Assembly: GCA_902825795.1 (NCBI GenBank)
Contig: CADECG010000001.1
Location: forward strand, 1,476-65,475
Direction: 5' to 3'
DNA length: 64,000 bases
Source of the DNA: an uncultured Bacteroidota bacterium
Lineage (GTDB): Bacteria; Bacteroidota; Bacteroidia; Flavobacteriales_F; PHOS-HE28
The notes under the pieces were generated by a model. It was not told the origin of the DNA. It saw only the letters and a list, made by a program, of their open reading frames with translations, and ran no database searches. A program made the position numbers and the translations under genes. Below, one piece after another: positions 36,050-43,722 of this stretch (position 1 is the stretch's first letter; each line of letters begins with the position of its first letter).

Positions 36050-37315
36050 ATGAGCACCGCAACAATGACCGACCCCAAAGCAACGGTGTTACCGTTGTTA
36101 GAAGGTAGCACCTGGCCCGGCGCCGCCGAAGCCCTGGCGCATGTCAATGCGCTTCCTGTTCCGAGCATCAAGACCGAGGCTTGGAAATACACCCGCGTCG
36201 GCAAGCTGTTCAACCATCCGTACGCTACGGCCAAGGGTGATGCCCACGTTACGCTGCCCGCCCGCCTGCCCTTCGAGGTCACCCGTGTCGTGTTCGTCAA
36301 CGGCCACTTGCGTGCGGACCTCAGCGATGACCTGAAAGCCCAGCCGCATGTCGTGATCGACAGCCTGCAACATCACCTGTCGCATGGTCCGGTCCGGAAC
36401 CACTACGGTTTCATCACGCCGGTGAACGAACGCCTGTTCTCCGCCATGAATGCGTCCGCACCGACCGACGGCTTGCTGCTGCTGGTGTTCAAGAATACGA
36501 CGGTGGAGAAGCCGATCCACGTGCTGCGCATCACCACCGATGGCGGACAGCTGATCCAGCCTCGCGACCTGTTCCTGATCCAGGAAGGCGCCAAGGCCGA
36601 GGTCATTGAAGAGCACGTCTCGACTTCGCTCGACGTGACAACATCCTTGGTCAATTCCGTGCGCGAGAGCTACGTGGCCGAAGGCGCTGAACTGCTCGTG
36701 CACAAGCTCCAACGCGATGCCGCCGCGCATATCGCACAGGAGAGCGTCCAAGTTGATGCGAAAGGGCATTACAGCATCTCCACGACAACACTGGAAGGCT
36801 CGCTGGTCCGCAACGACATCAACGTATCGCTGTCCGGTCCGGAGGCACATGCCGAGTTGAACGGCGTGTACCTGCTCAATGGCACCACGCACTGCGATAA
36901 CCACACGTATATCGGGCACGACGTTCCGGACTGCACCAGCGACGAGCTTTACAAGGGCATCATCGCGGAGAAAGGCACGGGCGTGTTCAATGGCAAGGTG
37001 TACGTGAAGCAGGATGCCCAGCGCACCCGCGCCTACCAGAGCAACGCAAACATCCTGCAAGGCGACGACGCACGCATTTTCACCAAGCCCGAACTGGAGA
37101 TCTACGCCGACGATGTGAAGTGCAGCCACGGTTGCACCATCGGTCGCCTGGATGAGAAGGGACTTTTCTACCTGCGTTCACGCGGCGTGAGCGAACCCGA
37201 AGCGCGCCGCATGCTTTCACACGCGTTCATGACGGATGTGCTGGAGCGCATCTCCAACGAAGACTGGAGGAAGCATCTCGCAGCGCTCATCGATGCGAAG
37301 CTCGAAGCGCTATGA
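36050..37315 (+). CDS. sufD: Fe-S cluster assembly protein SufD
   Basis: ATG 36050. The C-terminal beta-helix signature is ..TRAYQSNANILQGDDARIFTKPELEIYADDVKCSHGCTIGRLDE..LFYLRSRG....A..ML...F. Confidence 0.9.
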   Translation: MSTATMTDPKATVLPLLEGSTWPGAAEALAHVNALPVPSIKTEAWKYTRVGKLFNHPYATAKGDAHVTLPARLPFEVTRVVFVNGHLRADLSDDLKAQPHVVIDSLQHHLSHGPVRNHYGFITPVNERLFSAMNASAPTDGLLLLVFKNTTVEKPIHVLRITTDGGQLIQPRDLFLIQEGAKAEVIEEHVSTSLDVTTSLVNSVRESYVAEGAELLVHKLQRDAAAHIAQESVQVDAKGHYSISTTTLEGSLVRNDINVSLSGPEAHAELNGVYLLNGTTHCDNHTYIGHDVPDCTSDELYKGIIAEKGTGVFNGKVYVKQDAQRTRAYQSNANILQGDDARIFTKPELEIYADDVKCSHGCTIGRLDEKGLFYLRSRGVSEPEARRMLSHAFMTDVLERISNEDWRKHLAALIDAKLEAL

Positions 37316-38556
37316 GCACCAAGGCTGACACGGTTACCAAGAAGGGCTACGATGTCGAGGAGCTCCGTGCGCAGTTCCCGATCCTGAAGGAGCTGGTGCA
37401 CGGCAAGCCGCTCGTGTACTTCGATAACGCCGCCACCAGCCAGAAGCCGCGCCGCGTGATCAAGGCCGAGAGCGCCTACTACGCGACCATCAACGCCAAC
37501 GTGCATCGTGGCGTGCATACACTGAGCACGAAGGCCACCGAAGCGCAGGAAGCCGCACGCGAGACGATCAGACAGCACATCAACGCATCGGCTGTGCACG
37601 AGATCATCTTCACCAGCGGCACAACGGCAGGCATCAACCTCGCTGCGACCAGTCTTGGTCAACTGCTGCTGAAGAAAGGTGACGAAGTGGTGATCAGCGG
37701 CATGGAGCACCACAGCAACATCGTGCCCTGGCAATTGGCTTGCGAGCGGCATGGCGCTACGCTGAAGGTGATCCCGATCACGGACAGCGGCGAATGGGAC
37801 CTGAAGCAGGTGCCGTTCTCCGATAGGAGCCGCATCCTCGCCATCAGCCATGTGAGCAACACGCTGGGCACGATCAACCCGGTGAAGAAGCTGATCGCGC
37901 AAGCGAAGAAGAAGGGCATCGTCACGGTGGTGGATGGCGCGCAGGCAGCACCGCACCTGAAGATCGATGTGCAGGACCTCGGCTGCGACCTCTATGCTTT
38001 CAGCGGGCACAAGGCTTATGGACCAACTGGCACGGGCGTACTATACGGCCGCGAAGAGTTGCTGGAGCGCATGCCCCCCTGCCAAGGCGGCGGCGAGATG
38101 ATCGATACGGTCACACTGGAAAAGAGCACCTGGGCGAAGCTACCCTTCAAGTTCGAAGCCGGCACACCGCACATCGCGGGCATCATCGGGCTGGGCGAGG
38201 CCATCCGCTGGATGCAGGATTATGACCTGGATGCCATGGCCGCGCACGAGCATACGCTGCTGGAACATGCGACCAAGGAGCTGCTCACCATCGACGGCCT
38301 GCGCATTATTGGCACTGCGAAAGAGAAGGTGGGCGTGATCAGCTTCGTCATTGAAGGCGTTCACCACTACGACCTCGGCACTTTGCTCGACCAACAAGGC
38401 ATCGCCGTGCGCACGGGTCACCACTGCACCCAGCCACTGATGGACCGCTTCGGCGTGAGCGGGACAACGCGAGCGAGCTTCGCGTGCTTCAATACGATCA
38501 TGGAGGTGGATGCGATGGTCGCTGGGGTGAAGAAGGGGGTGAAAATGTTGCGATGA
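37312..38556 (+). CDS. sufS: Cysteine desulfurase SufS (class V aminotransferase)
   Basis: ..FDNAATSQKP...NANVHRGVHTLS...SGHKAYGPTGTGVLYG (PLP Lys)...RTGHHCTQPL (active-site Cys). ATGA overlap with sufD. Confidence 0.95.
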   Translation: MSTKADTVTKKGYDVEELRAQFPILKELVHGKPLVYFDNAATSQKPRRVIKAESAYYATINANVHRGVHTLSTKATEAQEAARETIRQHINASAVHEIIFTSGTTAGINLAATSLGQLLLKKGDEVVISGMEHHSNIVPWQLACERHGATLKVIPITDSGEWDLKQVPFSDRSRILAISHVSNTLGTINPVKKLIAQAKKKGIVTVVDGAQAAPHLKIDVQDLGCDLYAFSGHKAYGPTGTGVLYGREELLERMPPCQGGGEMIDTVTLEKSTWAKLPFKFEAGTPHIAGIIGLGEAIRWMQDYDLDAMAAHEHTLLEHATKELLTIDGLRIIGTAKEKVGVISFVIEGVHHYDLGTLLDQQGIAVRTGHHCTQPLMDRFGVSGTTRASFACFNTIMEVDAMVAGVKKGVKMLR

Positions 38557-38559
38557 ATC

Positions 38560-38943
38560 ATGAAGTGGTTCAGCCAGTTCATCACGAAGCCAAAAAGGCA
38601 CGAAAAGGAAGAGGCGCTTTTCCCTTTCCGGGAGTTTCTTGCCGTTGGTAATGAGATCATCGACTGGTCCAACGCCATAGCTCCGCCAGTATACAATGTG
38701 GAATGGGTGACTCCCAACATCTATACACCTCGAACCAGTGTTTGGGTCTTCTGCGAACACGAGGATGGTCTTGCGATGTGGTCAGAACCAGTCAGGGCCC
38801 AGATCGAGGCAGAGTGCATTCGTCTCCTACTGAATCATCATTTCCCTGAACGGCTCCTCGCTCAGGTGATCTTTGCTTACGACTCACACGAGAACGTGAC
38901 AAAGAACTACGAAGGGAGTTACTTCTACCGTTTGCGCGGATGA
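38560..38943 (+). CDS. Hypothetical protein (127 aa) inserted between sufS and sufE
   Basis: Complete ORF. It starts 4 nt after the sufS stop and its stop overlaps the sufE start (ATGA). No motif I recognise. GC is visibly lower than in the suf genes. Confidence 0.65.
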   Translation: MKWFSQFITKPKRHEKEEALFPFREFLAVGNEIIDWSNAIAPPVYNVEWVTPNIYTPRTSVWVFCEHEDGLAMWSEPVRAQIEAECIRLLLNHHFPERLLAQVIFAYDSHENVTKNYEGSYFYRLRG

Positions 38944-39389
38944 ATGCGGTAACCATGACCATCGCCCAAGCCCAACAAGAAGTGGTGGATGAGTTCGCCC
39001 TCTTCAGCGACTGGCAGGACCGCTACGAGCACCTGATCGAACTGGGCAAGGACCTGCCGTTGATCGCGCCGGAGAAGAAGATCGAAGAGAACATCGTGCG
39101 CGGTTGCCAATCGCGCGTGTGGCTCAATGCCGATGTCTCGACTGCGCTCGACATGACAAAGCGGATCCACTTCACCGCCGACAGCGACGCCATAATCACC
39201 AAAGGGCTTATCGCCTTGCTCGTGCGCGTGCTGAACGACCGCACACCCCAAGAGATCCTGGACACGCCACTCACTTTCATCGATGCCATCGGCCTGCGCG
39301 AGCACCTGAGCCCGAACCGGAGCAATGGCCTCAGCGCGATGATGGACCAGATGAAACGCTACGCCCTCGCCTATTCCTCCAAGTCATGA
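38940..39389 (+). CDS. sufE: Cysteine desulfuration (sulfur acceptor) protein SufE
   Basis: ..FALFSDWQDRYEHLIELGK.LP......K.E.N.V.GCQSRVWL (conserved Cys)...SDA.ITKGL.ALL.. Confidence 0.9.
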   Translation: MNAVTMTIAQAQQEVVDEFALFSDWQDRYEHLIELGKDLPLIAPEKKIEENIVRGCQSRVWLNADVSTALDMTKRIHFTADSDAIITKGLIALLVRVLNDRTPQEILDTPLTFIDAIGLREHLSPNRSNGLSAMMDQMKRYALAYSSKS

Positions 39390-39404
39390 CGGGAATGCCT
39401 TTCA

Positions 39405-39475
39405 CCGCAACGACGCAACGAACGCAACGGGTTTCGCCACGTTGCGCATTTTTGGCGTCCGTGGCGTCGTGGCGG
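39405..39475. repeat. Imperfect long hairpin in the sufE-DUF59 spacer; its arms are built from tandem GCAACG / GGCG(TC) words
   Basis: CCGCAACGACGCAACGAACGC (39405-39425) pairs with GCGTCCGTGGCGTCGTGGCGG (39455-39475) at 18 of 21 positions. The inner stem is CGCAACG (39423-39429) / CGTTGCG (39440-39446), followed by CATTTTT. Confidence 0.8.
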
Positions 39476-39495
39476 TTAGAAACTCAGAGAGTGTC

Positions 39496-39816
39496 ATGAC
39501 GTCCGAGGAGAAGAAACAACTGGAGGAGAGCATCATCAATGCGCTCAAGGCCATCTATGATCCGGAGATCCCCGTGGACATCTACGAGCTGGGGCTGATC
39601 TACGATGTGGTGATCCGCGACGATGCCAGCGTGTACATCAAGATGACCTTGACCAGTCCGGCGTGCCCCGTGGCGGGAACGCTGCCCGGTGAAGTGGAGC
39701 AGAAGGTGGCCGGTGTCCAGGGCGTGAACGGCGCCAAAGTGGAGATCACTTTCGAGCCTGCCTGGGACAGGACGATGATGAGCGAGGCGGCGCAGCTGGA
39801 GCTGGGCTTCATGTAA
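39496..39816 (+). CDS. DUF59 / SufT-like Fe-S assembly protein
   Basis: ATG 39496: MTSEEKKQLEESIINALKAIYDPEIPVDIYELGLIYDV.........MTLTSPACP..... Confidence 0.9.
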   Translation: MTSEEKKQLEESIINALKAIYDPEIPVDIYELGLIYDVVIRDDASVYIKMTLTSPACPVAGTLPGEVEQKVAGVQGVNGAKVEITFEPAWDRTMMSEAAQLELGFM

Positions 39817-39859
39817 GCCATCCCGAATTTTCGTGAGGGTGGTTACGGCTGTACTTCGG

Positions 39860-39867
39860 TACATTCG
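39860..39867 (+). promoter_or_regulatory. Candidate -7 box TACATTCG upstream of 39888..40961
   Basis: GGTACATTCGA lies 20 nt before the ATG. An identical 11-mer precedes 45827..49714. Confidence 0.35.
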
Positions 39868-39887
39868 ATCCACTCAACACCGCCCTC

Positions 39888-40961
39888 ATGAATTCACGCT
39901 ACGCGCTCTTCGCAACCCTACTCCTCATCGTCGCTGTTGCACCGCTCAATGCGCAACTCACCATCCTCACCCAGTTCGATCCTTCGAACACCGGCGGAAC
40001 CTGTGGCATCGCCTACAATTCCCCAGCCGGCGAGATCATGGTTATCGGTTGCTCGGCGAATACGATCGATCGGTATGCCGAGGATGGAACATTCATTTCA
40101 TCGGCTACGATGGTGGGCGAAGCGGCGAACGACGTGGACATCGACATGTCCCCTTCTGACCTGACCATCAACGGCACCTTCGTGGCGCAAGGACAACTGC
40201 TCTTGGTGAACGGGGAGAACGGCGTGGCGGAGATCTACGCCATTGATGAAGCCACCAATGCCGTGATCGACACGCTTGCAGCAGGTTTCGGCAACAGCCA
40301 TGTGGTGGGCGGGTCTTACCATCCACAGCGCGGCACCTTCTTTCTGGTGCAGGACAACGTGCCCGGAGGTTTCGAGGAGAACCGGGTAGCGGAGATCGAT
40401 GCGACAACGGGAGACACGCTCCAGACCTTCTCCGTGCAGCCCTACTTCGATGTGAACTATGGGGACCTCGATATCTCGCCCGTTTCCGGCAACCTGTTCA
40501 TCGTGAGCAGCGATGATGATGGCATCGCTGAGTTCACGGCGGATGGTGTGTTCATTACCGAGCATGTGCTCCCGGTCGGCGTTTCGAGCCTTAGCGGCAT
40601 TGCCCTTGACAACGACCTGCAAGGGGCTTGGGTGTGCAACACCAGCGGCGTGGTGTTCAAGCTCGGCAACTTCCCGATCGGCATCAGTGAAGAGATGGCG
40701 ACCGATCCGATCATCCAGGTCTTCCCCAACCCAGCGAACGATCGTGTTGAACTCGTTTTGGATGTGGAGCGATCGGCCAAATACAGCATCGCGTTGCACG
40801 ATGTGGCAGGCCGCGTTGTACAGGTGCTCTTCAATGGCACACTGCCGAGCGGTAGCCGTCGCATCCCCGTGGACGTTAGCGCGCTGACCGTTGGATGTTA
40901 CTCCATCCTTGTGTCCGGTCCCGGTGTTTCCAACCCGCGCACCTTGATCGTGGCGCGATAG
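39888..40961 (+). CDS. Secreted beta-propeller-like protein with a T9SS type A CTD
   Basis: Signal peptide MNSRYALFATLLLIVAVAPLNAQ. The C-terminus reads ..IIQVFPNPANDRVELVLD..YSIALHDVAGRVVQVLF.....VDVSALTVGCYSILV... Confidence 0.85.
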   Translation: MNSRYALFATLLLIVAVAPLNAQLTILTQFDPSNTGGTCGIAYNSPAGEIMVIGCSANTIDRYAEDGTFISSATMVGEAANDVDIDMSPSDLTINGTFVAQGQLLLVNGENGVAEIYAIDEATNAVIDTLAAGFGNSHVVGGSYHPQRGTFFLVQDNVPGGFEENRVAEIDATTGDTLQTFSVQPYFDVNYGDLDISPVSGNLFIVSSDDDGIAEFTADGVFITEHVLPVGVSSLSGIALDNDLQGAWVCNTSGVVFKLGNFPIGISEEMATDPIIQVFPNPANDRVELVLDVERSAKYSIALHDVAGRVVQVLFNGTLPSGSRRIPVDVSALTVGCYSILVSGPGVSNPRTLIVAR

Positions 40962-40997
40962 TCCGCGTTGCGGCCGTTGCGCGGTAGTTTTGGGGCG

Positions 40998-41507
40998 ATG
41001 TCCGAGATCATTAATAAAGTCGCGACCAGCGGGATCATCACCCTCGATCTGGAGGAGATCTATCCTCAGGGCGAACGCGCGGTGTTCGACCTCAAACCGC
41101 TGTTGTGGCAGGAGATCGCGCTGAAGGAGGAAGACCTGCGCACTTTCGCAAAGACACAAGACTGGTCGCAGTACAAAGACAAGTTCGTAGCGGTGCATTG
41201 TTCTGCCGATGCGATCATCCCCACTTGGGCATTCATGCTGGTGGCAACGCACCTGCAACCGCATGCGGTGTTCGTAACGCAGGGCGATGCCGATCAACTG
41301 GAGCGTGCGGTGTTCACGCGCTTCGTGCAGCAGTTGGATGTAGAACCGTACCGCAACGCACGGGTGGTGGTGAAGGGCTGCAGTAAACTCCCCGTTCCCC
41401 TGAACGCATACGTGGAACTGAGCGCGAAGCTCCTGCCCGTGGTGAAGAGTCTGATGTTCGGGGAGCCGTGCAGTACGGTACCGCTGTACAAGGCGCCGAA
41501 GGCGTAG
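40998..41507 (+). CDS. DUF2480-family protein
   Basis: ATG 40998: MSEIINKVATSGIITLDLEEIYPQGERAVFDLKPLLWQ...VAVHCSADAIIPTWAFMLVA... The family assignment is from memory of this conserved Bacteroidota protein, which is usually found near suf genes. Confidence 0.7.
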   Translation: MSEIINKVATSGIITLDLEEIYPQGERAVFDLKPLLWQEIALKEEDLRTFAKTQDWSQYKDKFVAVHCSADAIIPTWAFMLVATHLQPHAVFVTQGDADQLERAVFTRFVQQLDVEPYRNARVVVKGCSKLPVPLNAYVELSAKLLPVVKSLMFGEPCSTVPLYKAPKA

Positions 41508-41509
41508 GC

Positions 41510-41517
41510 TACATTCG
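41510..41517 (+). promoter_or_regulatory. Candidate -7 box TACATTCG only 5 nt upstream of the 41523 ATG (would imply a leaderless or near-leaderless mRNA)
   Basis: GCTACATTCGGcgcaATG. Confidence 0.3.
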
Positions 41518-41522
41518 GCGCA

Positions 41523-43664
41523 ATGCGCTACTTCTTCTCCTTGTCGTTGGTTGTTGGTTGTCGGTTGTTGGTCGCACAGCCCGTAGCGCCATCCGACAGT
41601 ACCCAAGTGCCCAGCAGCGAGAACGGCTGGCACCTGAGTCCGCACGGCACGATCCGCATACTGGTGATCTACGCGGAGATGATCTACGACAAGGATCCGG
41701 CGCGGGATCCGACACGCGGCAACGGCATGGAGCATTGGCCCGTGGGTCAACTGCCGATGTGGAAGAATGACCTCTTCGATCCGCAACCGCTCGCGGTGCC
41801 GAAAGCAATGGTGTCGCGTTACTACCACGATTGTTCGCTGGGGAACTACGTGGTGTTGGGCGACTACATCGATGGGCTTATGCCGGTGAAGGAAAGTGAG
41901 ATGGGCGGCGACGACTACCACGCGGCGGCTTCGCAAGCCGTGAAGCAGGTGAACGCAATGGGGGCGTTCCGCACCGCACACGGTCTATCTATCGCCGACT
42001 TCGACCTGTGGCGTAACAACGGCAAAGCCGGCATGCCCAAAGGAGCGGGACCGGATGACCCGCACTCCTTCGATCATGTGATGGTGATCTTCCGCAACCA
42101 CCACAAACTGACCCACGGACAGGGTAGCACCGATGCGGGAAGCATGCCGCCCATCTTCGGTTGCGGCAGCGATTCGCAGAGCCGGTTCGGCGCGATGAAC
42201 GGATTGCCCTTCGAGATCCTCAAGCACGAGTACAACCATCTGTTGCTCGGCGGCAACAACTTCCACAGCGGTGGTGGGAATGCGCCCGGCTTCCAGAGCT
42301 ATTTCATCTGCTTGCAAGGTGGCTGGAGCATGATGGGCGCGGCCAACAGCAGTTTGCTCACGGCCAGCGCATGGGACCGCGATCGCCTCGGTTGGAAAGC
42401 ACCGGATGCGCCATCGACGATCAATGCGCGCTCCACTTCGGGCCAGTACATCAGTGGCGATATCGACCCGATGGCCGGTGACACCGGCTTGTTCGTGCTG
42501 CGCGATTTCGTGACTTCCGGCGATGCGCTGCGCATTCGGGTTCCGTTTCTGGGCACTGATGAATTCCCACAGTGGATCTGGCTGGAGAACCATCAGGGCT
42601 GGAAGAAGAACGGATCACCGACGGACAAGTTCCACTACGAGGACATCATGCCTTGTGTCGAGGATCTGGTTCCTGGACTTCACGCGTACATGCAGGTGGA
42701 TCGCGGGCAGAAAACCGGGAACGGGATTTTTGGCGGTGAGGCGGATTATCTGCGCGCGATGCCGGCCAGCGGGGCGCACGACATTTCGCTGCGCGGCGAT
42801 ACGGTGCGGTTCGAGTGCTTGTGGCCCGGACAAACAGAACCGTACATCGTCGACACGCGGTTGGCCAACGCGCTCACGGGCCATCAGGACCTTGAGTTCC
42901 CGGTGTTCGACCGCAATGGCGACGGCCGCTTGATGCGCAACGAGAATCTCGCCATCCGCATAGAAGTGCGCGACGGGCAATGGATCGACAAGGCACTGCT
43001 GCACGGCCACGCGCGGCAAGCCTTCACGCCTGCCGGGAACAACAAGTTGGGCATGGGTACCAACCCCAGCACCGCGAACATGCTGACATTGGTCGGCGCG
43101 ATCAATCGCGACAAGTACAAGGGCGGCAAACCGAACAACCGCACCATCCACCTCAACCCGATCAGCGTACGGCTATTGGAACAGCGCATGGATGGCAGCC
43201 AGCTGATCCACGTGCGCAACGATGATACGTTCCTTGACCGCGACATCCGTTGGTGCGCCGACAGCATTGTCCTGCACAACGTCAATGGCTTTGGCGGCTA
43301 CGCTCTCTGGTTGGCCGATGGCAATCGTTTGCTACTTGATCGCAGCCGCACCCCGACCCGTATCGACGCCGCTGAAGTCTTCCAACGCCGCACGTATTTC
43401 AGCGATCCCACACGGCTGGTGATGGAGCCCGGCGCACGGATGTTCATTGGCGCTGGTAGCACACTGGAACTCACCACCGGAAGCGAGTTGCATGTGCAAA
43501 CGGGCTGCGTGATCGACCTGCACGCAACGGCGAAGATCAAAGTGGATGCATCATCACGCATTGTGCTTCATGGCGATGCACAGCTGAACGGGACGCCGAA
43601 GCAGTTGAAGAAGCTGACCAAGAAAGGCAGGATCAGAAAATCAGGTGATCAGGTGATCAGGTGA
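41523..43664 (+). CDS. Secreted protein with an HEXXH motif (putative zinc metalloprotease), otherwise uncharacterised
   Basis: Signal-like N-terminus MRYFFSLSLVVGCRLLVAQP. It has a single HEYNH motif (..FEILKHEYNHLLLGGNNFH..). There is no T9SS CTD; the protein ends in a Lys-rich tail. Confidence 0.8.
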   Translation: MRYFFSLSLVVGCRLLVAQPVAPSDSTQVPSSENGWHLSPHGTIRILVIYAEMIYDKDPARDPTRGNGMEHWPVGQLPMWKNDLFDPQPLAVPKAMVSRYYHDCSLGNYVVLGDYIDGLMPVKESEMGGDDYHAAASQAVKQVNAMGAFRTAHGLSIADFDLWRNNGKAGMPKGAGPDDPHSFDHVMVIFRNHHKLTHGQGSTDAGSMPPIFGCGSDSQSRFGAMNGLPFEILKHEYNHLLLGGNNFHSGGGNAPGFQSYFICLQGGWSMMGAANSSLLTASAWDRDRLGWKAPDAPSTINARSTSGQYISGDIDPMAGDTGLFVLRDFVTSGDALRIRVPFLGTDEFPQWIWLENHQGWKKNGSPTDKFHYEDIMPCVEDLVPGLHAYMQVDRGQKTGNGIFGGEADYLRAMPASGAHDISLRGDTVRFECLWPGQTEPYIVDTRLANALTGHQDLEFPVFDRNGDGRLMRNENLAIRIEVRDGQWIDKALLHGHARQAFTPAGNNKLGMGTNPSTANMLTLVGAINRDKYKGGKPNNRTIHLNPISVRLLEQRMDGSQLIHVRNDDTFLDRDIRWCADSIVLHNVNGFGGYALWLADGNRLLLDRSRTPTRIDAAEVFQRRTYFSDPTRLVMEPGARMFIGAGSTLELTTGSELHVQTGCVIDLHATAKIKVDASSRIVLHGDAQLNGTPKQLKKLTKKGRIRKSGDQVIR

Positions 43665-43704
43665 TCCATTTCCTTGCGATCCCTCACCACCATTTTCTGA
43701 TCCT
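43629..43704. repeat. 13-bp inverted repeat enclosing a (CAGGTGAT)x3 tandem repeat, at the 3' end of the HEXXH gene and in the convergent spacer
   Basis: AGGATCAGAAAAT (43629-43641) / ATTTTCTGATCCT (43692-43704). CAGGTGAT occurs at 43642, 43650 and 43658, and the gene's TGA stop is inside the third copy. Confidence 0.9.
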
Positions 43705-43722
43705 CTGATCGACCGATCAAGT

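Noticed and set aside
40098-41981. 627-aa minus-strand ORF spanning three plus-strand genes.
   Set aside because: It crosses two intergenic spacers and overlaps three independently supported genes (T9SS cargo, DUF2480, HEXXH protein). The sequence is His/Arg/Val-rich without motifs.
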